64,000 nucleotides of DNA. Source: Candidatus Chisholmbacteria bacterium RIFCSPHIGHO2_01_FULL_52_32. Lineage in GTDB: Bacteria; Patescibacteriota; Microgenomatia; UBA1400; Chisholmbacteraceae. Within the stretch, counting starts at the first letter, position 1. Every line of letters starts with the position of its first letter. The stretch is taken from the NCBI GenBank assembly GCA_001816585.1, contig MHCJ01000003.1:284228-348227 (forward strand), written 5' to 3'. The position numbers and the translations under genes were made by a program. The notes under the pieces are model-generated. The model was not told where the DNA came from, made no database searches, and saw only the letters and a program-made list of their open reading frames with translations. Positions 51,324-60,920 of this stretch are shown piece by piece.

Positions 51324-52107
51324 CTTCCTTCTTGGTTGCCCTAAGATACAGCCAAAGACCGTTCCCACCGGACTTCATATTGAGAAATCTTTTCAGGTAT
51401 TCGAATAGAAGGCGTTTCACCAGGGATGAGGGAACTGTTTTCCCGTACGGAGAGTCCTTAATGTATGACCAGAGCTCCCGGCGGTACGGCCGAAACGTTG
51501 CAATGCGATAGAGCCGGTACCAAGCTACCACCGCTCGTTTCGGAAAGTAGTACTGAACACCTACCAGGGAAAGTCCGGCACCCTGCAAGATTTTGATCCA
51601 TTCCGCCTTTGATCGATAGTGAAGATGGCGTACCCTTCGGTTAAACTGCTTCCATCTCCTATCGTCCCGAATAAGGGTTCTTAACGCTGTTTGTAATTTC
51701 CTGGTGGGTACCGTCAGGAAGATCGTGCCGCCCTTCTTTGTTACCCTTGCGATTTCTTTGACTGCGGTGAGATCATCGGTAATGTGCTCAAACGTGCTGT
51801 TTGCAATGGTCGTTGTAAACGACCCCGACTTGAGCGCCAGGCTCTGGGCATCCATCACCGCAACAAAGCGATATGCGCCGCACGCTTTTGCCTGCCCGAT
51901 CAGCCGTGCATCAACGTCGATTCCAAGATCTATTTTTTTGCCCTCAAAGAGCAGCTTTCCGATTCTCCCATCCGAGCACCCAATATCGAGAGTTGGGCGG
52001 GAAAATCGATGCTTCTGCCAGATTGCCCGTTCTCTGGCTCGCAGAAAGGCATCCTGGGGAGCAAACCAAAATGCTTCAAGGAGCAACTTAAGATCGGTTT
52101 CGTTCAT
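51310..52107 (-). CDS. Class I SAM-dependent methyltransferase
   Basis: LDIGCSDG, FEHI, KKGG.I. Confidence 0.88.
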   Translation of the reverse strand: MNETDLKLLLEAFWFAPQDAFLRARERAIWQKHRFSRPTLDIGCSDGRIGKLLFEGKKIDLGIDVDARLIGQAKACGAYRFVAVMDAQSLALKSGSFTTTIANSTFEHITDDLTAVKEIARVTKKGGTIFLTVPTRKLQTALRTLIRDDRRWKQFNRRVRHLHYRSKAEWIKILQGAGLSLVGVQYYFPKRAVVAWYRLYRIATFRPYRRELWSYIKDSPYGKTVPSSLVKRLLFEYLKRFLNMKSGGNGLWLYLRATKKEDAKD

Positions 52108-53342
52108 TCTGTTTCGGTTTGAACATCGCTAAATACCCTCCGGAGATAATACCCGATGACCGGCAGCGCTGCGAGTGCTCCGATTGTGGCTGAAGCGGCA
52201 GCCCCGAGAATTCCATATCGGTTCACCAAGGGGACTATCGTCACAGCCAGCCCGAGAATGGAGACGAGGGTCAGCCCGGTAACATACTCCTGTTTTTTCA
52301 CCGCCAAAAAAAGAGCGGATGATGACCCTGAGATTGCCCTGATAACACCGAAGATCGCGAGGAGTTGTAACGCAGGAGCGGCTATCAGCCATTGCTCACC
52401 AAAGACAAATGCGATCACCTGATTTGGAAATAGGAATAGGAAGATCCCGAAGGGTAGAACAAGGAGGGTGATACCGACGGTGGTCTTTACAAACGCTTTC
52501 CTTAATCTTTCGGTATCCCCGGAAATTCTCGTAAAGATCGGAAAGGTGACTTTCCCGAATACATCCGCCACTTCGGTAATGGGAAGGGTTGAGATCTTGT
52601 ACGCCATCTGATAGAGGCCTAAGGAGGTGGTGCCTAAAAGCTTCCCAACGACGATATCGTCTCCATGATGAAAGAGATAATTAAAAAATCCGGCCGCTGT
52701 GATCCATTTCCCTCTCCCGATGATCCGGGTTGTCTTTGTTTTCTCGAGGGCAAGTTTTGGCCTCGGGCGAATGAGAAGAAAAGAGATCGCTATCTCAAGA
52801 AGTGCTCCTCCTATCATCCCGAAAATCAGGCTCTCGACAGAACGCATCCGAAGAGCAAGGAAGATTGTAATCGCTGCCTCGAAAACCACGACGACTGATT
52901 GAACGATGAATTGTTTATGAAACTGGAGTTCCTTCTGGAGTTTGACAATTGCCGGATTGATAAATCCGCGGAGGAACGGTACAAGCGCAATTAGCAGGAG
53001 AAGCTGAAACGAATCTTTCGAACTGAAAAATATAGCGACCAGCGGTGCTGAAAGGACAATAATTGACGCTATCAGAATCCCTCTTACTATCGAAACCACC
53101 CAGGCAGTATCGATGTATTCTTCAATGTCTCCTTCATCCTGTATGAGAAAGACATTGATGCCTGTTTCTGTCAAGGTTTCCAGGAAAGCAACGACAAGCG
53201 AAGCAATGCCGAAGAGACCGAATTGAGACGGAACCAGAATCCGGGCAAGAATTGCCAATTTCAGCAAAGCCACCAGACGGATTATAAGGCGTAAACCTCC
53301 CATCCAGCCCGTGCCTTTTACCGCCTGGTGAAAGTATCCCAT
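52104..53342 (-). CDS. Polysaccharide flippase (Wzx/WzxC-like)
   Basis: LARIL.P..FG, LGLYQMAY, multi-TM; start at MGYF with TACAAT 7 nt upstream. Confidence 0.88.
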   Translation of the reverse strand: MGYFHQAVKGTGWMGGLRLIIRLVALLKLAILARILVPSQFGLFGIASLVVAFLETLTETGINVFLIQDEGDIEEYIDTAWVVSIVRGILIASIIVLSAPLVAIFFSSKDSFQLLLLIALVPFLRGFINPAIVKLQKELQFHKQFIVQSVVVVFEAAITIFLALRMRSVESLIFGMIGGALLEIAISFLLIRPRPKLALEKTKTTRIIGRGKWITAAGFFNYLFHHGDDIVVGKLLGTTSLGLYQMAYKISTLPITEVADVFGKVTFPIFTRISGDTERLRKAFVKTTVGITLLVLPFGIFLFLFPNQVIAFVFGEQWLIAAPALQLLAIFGVIRAISGSSSALFLAVKKQEYVTGLTLVSILGLAVTIVPLVNRYGILGAAASATIGALAALPVIGYYLRRVFSDVQTETE

Positions 53343-53355
53343 GGGGCCTATTGTA

Positions 53356-54282
53356 TCATCGTTTTGATTGAGTGAAGCTTGAGAGAATACCCACGAGGGA
53401 GCCGGACATAACGGCAACGTCCGCCGTCATTTGCAGGAACGGCAAAAGCAAGAGTGCGCGCTTATCCTTCACAAACGCATATCCCTTACCAATGACCCAG
53501 GCGAAGTATTGCGGAACCAAGAAAATCAAGAGGAGAGGGAAGACCTTCAGAAGCCAAAGACCAACCAGGTAGCGGAGCCAAACCAGACCTATCCTTATCA
53601 CGTGCGGCCGGTAGCGGGCATTAACATCACCTTTGGCATAATTGAACAGCTGCCGGAATGCTTTCCCAACTGATCTTTGCTGTCGCCAATGGACGATGGC
53701 GTCTTTGGCGATGGTGAACTTGGCTCCTTTTTTCATCAGCCGCTCGACAAACACCAGATCCTCGCAGGTTGTGAGTTGCTTCGGGTAGCCGCCAGCTTTC
53801 TTCCAGACGGTTTTCCGAAACGCTATGGAACGGGAAGCGGGCAGAAAATTTCGCGGATCGAATCGATGCGGTAAGACGCAGGTATAGACAGCCAAACATT
53901 TTTGAAACACCGACTTCCCTTGCGGGAGGTAATATCCGCTAACGACGTCTACTTTGGAATTGCGAAATGGGACGATAAGTTTTTTAAGCCAGTCTTTGGT
54001 TGGGATGCAACCGGCGTCGGTGACCGCGATGAATGGGCCATGGGCGCGGGCGATCCCGATGTTCCTTCCCCTCGCGCGATTGGCCCCGGGGACGACCAGG
54101 AGACGAAGGTTCTTTGAATCTTTCTGTAGGGCTCGAATCTTCTCTACCGTACGGTCGTTTGAACCTGCGTCGATAACGATAATTTCATCCGGTTGCCGGC
54201 TTTGGTTGAAAAGCGAAGCGAGAAGCTTCTCTATCACAGACTCCTCATTGAGGACTGTCGTGACTACACTGACTTTCTCCAT
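53356..54282 (-). CDS. Glycosyltransferase family 2
   Basis: VLNEE, DAGSND, TDAGC, CEDL. Confidence 0.9.
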   Translation of the reverse strand: MEKVSVVTTVLNEESVIEKLLASLFNQSRQPDEIIVIDAGSNDRTVEKIRALQKDSKNLRLLVVPGANRARGRNIGIARAHGPFIAVTDAGCIPTKDWLKKLIVPFRNSKVDVVSGYYLPQGKSVFQKCLAVYTCVLPHRFDPRNFLPASRSIAFRKTVWKKAGGYPKQLTTCEDLVFVERLMKKGAKFTIAKDAIVHWRQQRSVGKAFRQLFNYAKGDVNARYRPHVIRIGLVWLRYLVGLWLLKVFPLLLIFLVPQYFAWVIGKGYAFVKDKRALLLLPFLQMTADVAVMSGSLVGILSSFTQSKR

Positions 54283-54435
54283 AGACTTTTTCGTAGTTTT
54301 TGCGCAGTGCTTCTGATTACATTTTACTCCCATTTCTTTCCGTCTGTTTATGCCCGTAAACGTCCTATGGCGTTTGCTTTTTTAGGTTTTATTTGCCCAG
54401 TCTGCTATAATGCCCCATAGTGTTAAACGGAGGAG

Positions 54436-54969
54436 GTGAGTAACTTGAGAAGTTTTGCCATTACCATTACCGTTCTTCTGCTTATTGGCGGGATCGGCGG
54501 TTGGTACTATTCCAACAAAGTTCGCCCCAAGGCCGAACCGGGCTCGGAAGAGATCTCACCCAGCGAACAATCCAAACTACCGCTTGAGGCTGCTTTGACC
54601 GCCTCTTCGGAGAACATTACAGTCACGACAAATACCAATGATGTTCCGGATATCGGCAAGTCAGAGCTTGAGGTTTCCTATACCAACAATTCCGAGCGTG
54701 ATCTTTCCGGTGTCCAAGTTTGGTTGTCCGTCGGCCAAATGGGCACATTCGACTTTCCGCCGGCAAGCCGATTTAATAAGCCGGCCACCGAACGAGCCCT
54801 AGCCGGAACTTCAATTTTCGATGTGTCCGATGTGCCCGCATCGAGTACGGCTACATCCCGGATCGCGGTGTTTGCCTTGCAAGCAGGTACCTACCCTGTT
54901 TCTGCTACCGTGAAGGCGGGAGAGGATTTAGTAGCCACGACCAGTGCGGTCTATATTGTTGCCAAGTAG
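54436..54969 (+). CDS. Hypothetical membrane-anchored beta-sandwich protein
   Basis: GGAGG SD, TATAAT upstream, N-terminal TM helix. Confidence 0.7.
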   Translation: MSNLRSFAITITVLLLIGGIGGWYYSNKVRPKAEPGSEEISPSEQSKLPLEAALTASSENITVTTNTNDVPDIGKSELEVSYTNNSERDLSGVQVWLSVGQMGTFDFPPASRFNKPATERALAGTSIFDVSDVPASSTATSRIAVFALQAGTYPVSATVKAGEDLVATTSAVYIVAK

Positions 54970-55460
54970 GGCCGGCATTTCCTCGATAGTGAAAAAACCG
55001 TGAAAATAGTTGGCATAGGTATTTCGGCTGCCAACGCGATTCCGAGAACGGAAAGTCTGTTCGTACCAATCGCGGGTGGTCAGTTGGCATGATCGCCTGC
55101 CTCTACCTGTTTAGTTTTTCTCTCTTCAAGTTTGGTCAATGGTTTTTTTGAACTTCTTATTTTATTTTGTATTCCCATTTCTTACCCGCCGAAAATCTTG
55201 ACTTTAAGCCTGGATTGTGCTATTTGGTATATGGAAAATATTCGGTTTTTATTTGCGACCTAATTCATTGCCCCGCTGCAGCTGTCCAAGGGTCGTTGTT
55301 TGTCTATGGAGCCAATACTCGCGTCTTCACCATTACTACCTGCCACTTTCCTTCTGTCCTTTATTTCAGTGATCTTTCTGTTACACGCGATTCCCTTCGC
55401 GGATGGCTCATTGACAACTGAATAACAAAGCATTTTAACGGGCTTTCTATATCCCGCGGC

Positions 55461-55611
55461 CATAATCCCCCGCGTCGGATGAATCCTGAAAGCACAAATG
55501 CATCAAGAATTCATCCCACCTGACCTCGTGAACAACCCTGAAAGGAGGCGTACAGCATCCGCTTCGATCCCTCGTATCCGTGTCCGCGTTCACAAGCCTT
55601 TGGAGGCAACC
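55461..55611 (+). promoter_or_regulatory. Putative -10 (CATAAT) and structured 5' leader of the T4SS-like operon
   Basis: Stems GGATGAAT/ATTCATCC, GTGAAC/GTTCAC, and GCCT/AGGC overlapping the GGAGG SD. Confidence 0.45.
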
Positions 55612-56031
55612 ATGACAGGAATCGTCGATTTTCTCACCTGGATTGGGACAGATGTTGTCGCCCCGATTGCTACGGCTTTGCTGTTCATCGGCGTGGCCTA
55701 CTTCGTCGGCTACAAGATCGCGTGGTCCGGGCTGAAGCGAATCGCCGCGCTCGCCGATGCGCAGAGCGTCTCCATCGACACCTTCAAGCCAGCTCTGATC
55801 GCGTATGCTGTGGCGATCGTCGGATCCATCCTCGTGGCAGCTTTGGGGGCGATCATCGTGCTCAACTGGGAGGACACCAAGGACTTCGTCAACGGCATCT
55901 ACAAGGAGGCCATCAACCGTTCGTCCTGGAGATACGGGCCGGTGATGCCCATGGCGGTGTTCGTCCCGATCTACCTGAAGGAGGCCAGCAGGCAAGTCAG
56001 GTGCCGCCTGCGCCGGGCTTTTCGCCGCTGA
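55612..56031 (+). CDS. Small two-TM protein, VirB2/TrbC pilin-like
   Basis: SD GGAGG; two hydrophobic helices, the second AIVGSILVAALGAIIV; first gene of the cluster. Confidence 0.45.
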   Translation: MTGIVDFLTWIGTDVVAPIATALLFIGVAYFVGYKIAWSGLKRIAALADAQSVSIDTFKPALIAYAVAIVGSILVAALGAIIVLNWEDTKDFVNGIYKEAINRSSWRYGPVMPMAVFVPIYLKEASRQVRCRLRRAFRR

Positions 56032-56059
56032 TCGTCAGCTTCCCCACAAGGAGTTTCTC

Positions 56060-57922
56060 ATGTTCAAAGGTTTAGGTCGGCTGGCCGCCGTGTTCGGTTC
56101 CCGTCGGGCAAAGGTAGCTGGTGCGGCGGCCAGCTGCCTAACCTTTGCCATCATCCTGTCCGGATGCAACGTCATCCTCGAACCCGGTAAGGGCTCACGC
56201 CTCCTCGAAGCACTGCTGCGGCTTATCAAGTACCTTCCGGAGGGGCCGGTTGTGGCTTTGGAGGAGTTCGTGCTCGAACTTCTTGGTGACAGCTTCGCCC
56301 AGACGTTCAACGAGATCATGGCGGCCATCACCCAGAAGCCGAATCTGACAACCTCGGTCTGGGGCAACATCTTCAACGGACTGGCTGTCGGGATGTTTGG
56401 GCTGATGCTGTTCCACACCTTTTTCTACTTCCGTGATTACTCTCGAGCAGTGGAGAAGCACGGTGCGGAGGCGGTCAACGAAGGCAGAGGAGGTGTCATC
56501 CCGATCTTCCAGTACACCGGGCGGTTCGCCGCGGTGGCGTTCCTGGTGATCGGGATTCCCATCATCCTTCAGCAGGTGATCAACCTCACCTGGCAGCTGG
56601 TATATGACTTTGCCACGGCTGCCTATGGAGAACAAGGCAACTCAGTCGGGGAAGTGATGTTTGACCTCATCGTCAAGATGGTCCATGGCGGAGGGCTGGC
56701 GATCGTCACCCTGATGTTCATGTTCATCGTCATCTGGTTGGCAACGCTGGTCTTCGTCTCCGTCTACCTCTGGGGCTATCTGATGCTGTTCCTCAATGCC
56801 CTCAAGGCAGTGATCAAAGCCCCGAAGTTCCTGCGCGGGAAACCGGACGATCTTGAGGCCATGTCCGAACCCTTACTCGATGCCTTGGAGTCGGTCGCCT
56901 ACCTGGGGACACGGTGGTTGTTGATCTACATGACACCGTTTCTTCTCTGGTGGGTGGCAGATGACCTGATGGGTGGAGCGGAAACACCCGTCACCCCGAC
57001 CATCATCACCGTCGGACTGTTCGTTTTGATCATGCTCGCTACGGCTGCTCCCTGGATCCTGTTCGGATTCCGCTTGTTCGGCATCAGGATCTGGAAGGGT
57101 TTTACCAAACCTATCCCAGAGCGTCTGAGGCCGAGAGTCGGCGGACTGGACGAGACCTACGGCAAAGCCGAAGCGGCGCTGGCTGGGGTCGCGGCTGGCA
57201 TTGCCGCTGAGGAGACGGTCGGACAAGGATGGCTTCGTAAGCAAGCGCAGAGGGCTTTTCGCGCGGCTGAACAAGCTGTCGGTATGGATCCTCGGCATGC
57301 TCGTCAGCGGGAAAGCATCCGCAAAGTCGTCCATCACGAGGTGGGTTATCAGGATGTCGCGGAAGCCGCGAGAAGGCAGTACCCACCTTCGGCACCATCG
57401 ACGGGGACAAGCAGTGGACCATCTAGCCCACCGCCTCCGACAGCCGGACCAGTACCACCCCCCTCCTCCCCGCCACCCCGTCCCACGCCTTCAGGTGGGG
57501 GAGCAAGTGCAATGCCGCCACAAGCTCGAAGGAGATCTGCCAGTGATGGTTCAGCTTCCCCCAGTGCAAAACCGGAAACACAAAGATCGGTTCCCGGTCA
57601 GAAGCCAGGACCTCCTCCGGCACAACCTTCCGAACAACAGCGTGTGGAAGAGGGAGCATCAGAAGCCCCAATAACCGGGGGAACACCTGCACCACCGGCG
57701 TTTGAGCGACTGCTTGCTGAACTGAAGTCCCTGAAGTTGCCGGTGGTTGATCTGTCCGATGCAGAACTGGCAGTTTGCCCCGCCCTGCGTATCTACGGAC
57801 ACGGGAGCAGTACTGACGCAGGGCTTCCGGAAGACGCAAGAAGGTTCCTGCGGAGCATCCCCGGAGCTCAGAGAACCGATTGGGCGAAGATCGGTAATGA
57901 ACTTCGAGCCCATTTGCCCTAG
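56060..57922 (+). CDS. Polytopic membrane protein with Pro-rich C-terminal tail, VirB6/TrbL-like
   Basis: Several TM helices followed by a low-complexity Pro/Ser tail; SD AAGGAG; context upstream of the VirB4-like gene. Confidence 0.55.
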   Translation: MFKGLGRLAAVFGSRRAKVAGAAASCLTFAIILSGCNVILEPGKGSRLLEALLRLIKYLPEGPVVALEEFVLELLGDSFAQTFNEIMAAITQKPNLTTSVWGNIFNGLAVGMFGLMLFHTFFYFRDYSRAVEKHGAEAVNEGRGGVIPIFQYTGRFAAVAFLVIGIPIILQQVINLTWQLVYDFATAAYGEQGNSVGEVMFDLIVKMVHGGGLAIVTLMFMFIVIWLATLVFVSVYLWGYLMLFLNALKAVIKAPKFLRGKPDDLEAMSEPLLDALESVAYLGTRWLLIYMTPFLLWWVADDLMGGAETPVTPTIITVGLFVLIMLATAAPWILFGFRLFGIRIWKGFTKPIPERLRPRVGGLDETYGKAEAALAGVAAGIAAEETVGQGWLRKQAQRAFRAAEQAVGMDPRHARQRESIRKVVHHEVGYQDVAEAARRQYPPSAPSTGTSSGPSSPPPPTAGPVPPPSSPPPRPTPSGGGASAMPPQARRRSASDGSASPSAKPETQRSVPGQKPGPPPAQPSEQQRVEEGASEAPITGGTPAPPAFERLLAELKSLKLPVVDLSDAELAVCPALRIYGHGSSTDAGLPEDARRFLRSIPGAQRTDWAKIGNELRAHLP

Positions 57923-57935
57923 GAAGGATTGTGTG

Positions 57936-58655
57936 ATGAAGACAACCAAGAAGACCAAGAAGCGAAAAAGCTTCGAGAGCGATCAGGGCTACTCCTGGGT
58001 TGCCGATACCCTGGGGCTGACTTGGACGCCCAGACTCTTCGGTATCGGAGCTTCGTTCAACCTGCTGGGAGTCGGATTAGGGATGGGAGGACTGATCGTC
58101 CTTGCCATGTCCTACGTCATCAGCTTCATGACGATCCTCCGGCCCGTGGGTTGGGTGCTGATCGTCGGAGCGGTTCTGGGGACGCTTTTTGTGGGAGAGA
58201 ACGGGAAGCGGTTCATGCATTTCCTGATTCCGGTGATGACCCTGAGAAAGATCGGGATACCGGCATCGGAGAAACCCGTCTCCAGGACCATCGTCCGTAT
58301 CTGGTCGTACGGATCGTTCGCCTTTGAGATCGGCGTCTGGCTCTGGTGGCAGGTGTTCACCGCTCCCCCACGGCCTGATCTCGAGGCCTGGCTTGATGCC
58401 GGGGGCGACTATCTTAACTGGTTGTACGCCTTGCAATTCCAGGCTTATAGCCAGCTGGAGTACTACTGGTGGCTCCTGCCGGTGCTGGTCTTCTGCGTTC
58501 TGGGCCTTCTCAAGCTCTTAGAATGGGCCCCGATCTTCGGCTGGATGCTGCGCATGACTCGGATCGTTCCGCTCATCATCCCGTTTGTTCTTGTTCTTGA
58601 GGCGGTGATGATCTACCAATGGTGGGATTTCACGTTCAGACCCATCATCCCGTGA
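57936..58655 (+). CDS. Membrane protein, PrgI/VirB3-like with extra TM helices
   Basis: Basic N-terminus, RLFG, two TM helices then GKRF, more TM helices; immediately upstream of the ATPase. Confidence 0.45.
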   Translation: MKTTKKTKKRKSFESDQGYSWVADTLGLTWTPRLFGIGASFNLLGVGLGMGGLIVLAMSYVISFMTILRPVGWVLIVGAVLGTLFVGENGKRFMHFLIPVMTLRKIGIPASEKPVSRTIVRIWSYGSFAFEIGVWLWWQVFTAPPRPDLEAWLDAGGDYLNWLYALQFQAYSQLEYYWWLLPVLVFCVLGLLKLLEWAPIFGWMLRMTRIVPLIIPFVLVLEAVMIYQWWDFTFRPIIP

Positions 58656-58703
58656 CTTCGGGGAGAGGCTGGCTTCTCTCCAGCTTCTCCCATGGAGGTT
58701 GCT

Positions 58704-60902
58704 ATGCAATACAAGGGAAAAGAACCTTGGCAAAACGCGGTACGGGCACCCAAGGCGGCTCAATACTCATCCGCAGCCGCCAGGCTTCAGGCTCTTGACC
58801 GGGCAATTGATCGCCCCAACCGCCAGATGCTGGTCTTACTCCACCAGGTTCATGAGTGGGAGGACCGGCTCCGCCTGCGACTGCTTGATGGATTGGTAGA
58901 ACGGATGGCAATCAGCATCTCCGGCAACGAGGTGCACTCCCAAGGCATGATCTTCAAGGCTGCGGATGTGTCTCAACTCGACGAGGATCCGCTGCTTCTC
59001 AGGCACCTGCGGGATGCACGCTGTCCGCTCAAACGGCTCGACGTCGGCACAATCGGTGCGACGGATATCCGGAAGCTCATCCGCTGGGCAGAAGAGTCCA
59101 TCAGGGAATTTGGTGTGTCTCTACCAGGTTACCTTGAGCAGCTGCAGCGGGTGGCAACCCGGATCTCAACTGACCAGCTGGTCTGGACCTCCTGGCTCAT
59201 CTACCCGACGGACTTCTTGCCCAAGTTTGCCGCGGTCAGGTTCAGCCCGCTGGAGGTCGACGAATATCAGCTGTGGAGGTACGTCTCCTCGCTGTTCACC
59301 CCCGTCTCGGTGTATGAGCCAGAAGGCATACCGGGAATGCTGATGTTTCTGCCGAGCCTGCTGGGCGGAAACACCACCGCTATGCTGCCGGACACCGGCA
59401 ATCTGAGCGCGCGGGGGATCGGCAGCAGCGGAGGAATGTACCACCGGACCCTGCGCATCGTCGGACTCGGCTCAGAAGCAGTCGACCCGGATATCCCGAA
59501 TAACTACCTACTCCGGAACGTCGATTGGTTGAGGGACCTGGTTCTGCCTCTGCTGGCCTCCTCAAGGGAACAGATCCTGATCGCAACCAGCCTCTGGGGT
59601 GTCCATGAGAAAGGACGCAAAGCCTTCGAGAAGGCCGAAAGGAAGAAGATCAAACAAGCCGTGAAGGACTATGCCGAGGAGTCAGACCGTCAGGCGCGCG
59701 AAGTCGCATTACACGAAATCAGTCGGGACCACTCCCAGCTTGCGTTTCGCCAGAGCGTGGTCATGTCTCTTGCCGGGGCCAGCCAGGATGATGCCGACGA
59801 GCTGTACACACGGGTCAGGCAGACGCTGGATGAGCAACACGTCCTGCTGAGGGAAATCGATCATCCTGTCGAACACTGGGACAACTTCCGAACCTTCGTT
59901 CCCGACATCCGCCAACGCGACGTACGCATCTACACCGCCCCCGTACCTTCGGGCGTGGCCTCGGCATCGATGTTCCGCAGCCGGGTCCGGCTGTCTACCG
60001 GCATGGGAGCACTGTTGGGCTACTACACCTACCGCGGCGAGCCGGTTATCATCCCGGTGGGGAAAAAGGGCGGCGGTAACTATGTTGCCACAGGGACCAC
60101 CGGCTCCGGCAAGTCGCTGTGGGAGAAATACTGTGTCTACCAGCTGCTGCCCCTCGACCAGCGTTTTGTGTTCCGCATCATGGACAATACAGCCCTCTCC
60201 CTGGAAGCCAGGGAAAAGGCACGAGGCTGGAAAGACCTGGTAGAACTCTACGGAGGAACGGTGTTGTTCGCCGATGACCCGGAGTTCAAGAATCCGGAAG
60301 CCTTCAAGAGCCGGTTAGCCTCGCTCAGCCAGGAGAAGACGCGGATCATCCTGTTCACCTCCGCTCCCGACCGAGATGACCTCGACAGAATCTGGTTGAA
60401 ATGGCTGGTGTCTGACATCGAAGTTACCGGCCCCGGGGTGATCACGGTCGACGAGATGGTCGGTTGGTTCGTTGAAAGCGGGGATGTGCGCGCCAGGCTG
60501 TGGGTCTACGAGCTTTTGAAGATCATGCGGACCCATAACAAGATCAGCCTTTCGTCGATCCAGTCGCTGGTTCCCATCCTCAAAGACCAACCCGGCGTCC
60601 ATGGACAGTTCCTGACCCTTATGGATGGAGGGAGTTTCGCGTTCTACGATCCCAATGAGGCTGACCTGCCGCCCAGCCATGGAATTCCGGACCATATCTA
60701 CCCTGTCCAGGCCCAACAGATCCGTGATACCAACAGGACTCTCAAGCTCGGGAAGCTCGGTCCTCTGCAAAAGCCTGGTTTCTGTACGCTCATCACCAAA
60801 CCCTCCGTCGCAGAGGTGAAGATTGAGGCTGACCCGGAAGTCCTGGCCTTTCTCGGACGGAAGGATCCTAACCTCTCCGAAACACTGCTCTGGGGTGACT
60901 GA
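58704..60902 (+). CDS. VirB4/TraE-like P-loop ATPase
   Basis: C-terminal LLG...G.PV...N.VATGTTGSGKS (Walker A), ITVDE (Walker B), R..N...S.QS; ~730 aa; SD GGAGG. Confidence 0.75.
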   Translation: MQYKGKEPWQNAVRAPKAAQYSSAAARLQALDRAIDRPNRQMLVLLHQVHEWEDRLRLRLLDGLVERMAISISGNEVHSQGMIFKAADVSQLDEDPLLLRHLRDARCPLKRLDVGTIGATDIRKLIRWAEESIREFGVSLPGYLEQLQRVATRISTDQLVWTSWLIYPTDFLPKFAAVRFSPLEVDEYQLWRYVSSLFTPVSVYEPEGIPGMLMFLPSLLGGNTTAMLPDTGNLSARGIGSSGGMYHRTLRIVGLGSEAVDPDIPNNYLLRNVDWLRDLVLPLLASSREQILIATSLWGVHEKGRKAFEKAERKKIKQAVKDYAEESDRQAREVALHEISRDHSQLAFRQSVVMSLAGASQDDADELYTRVRQTLDEQHVLLREIDHPVEHWDNFRTFVPDIRQRDVRIYTAPVPSGVASASMFRSRVRLSTGMGALLGYYTYRGEPVIIPVGKKGGGNYVATGTTGSGKSLWEKYCVYQLLPLDQRFVFRIMDNTALSLEAREKARGWKDLVELYGGTVLFADDPEFKNPEAFKSRLASLSQEKTRIILFTSAPDRDDLDRIWLKWLVSDIEVTGPGVITVDEMVGWFVESGDVRARLWVYELLKIMRTHNKISLSSIQSLVPILKDQPGVHGQFLTLMDGGSFAFYDPNEADLPPSHGIPDHIYPVQAQQIRDTNRTLKLGKLGPLQKPGFCTLITKPSVAEVKIEADPEVLAFLGRKDPNLSETLLWGD

Positions 60903-60920
60903 GAGAAAGGAGGAAGCGGT

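Noticed and set aside
55167-55463. Short ORFs on both strands left of the island
   Set aside because: No SD, no motifs and mutually overlapping; cannot be supported.
57380-57700. C-rich repetitive DNA
   Set aside because: It encodes the Pro/Ser-rich tail of the VirB6-like protein and is not a DNA repeat array.
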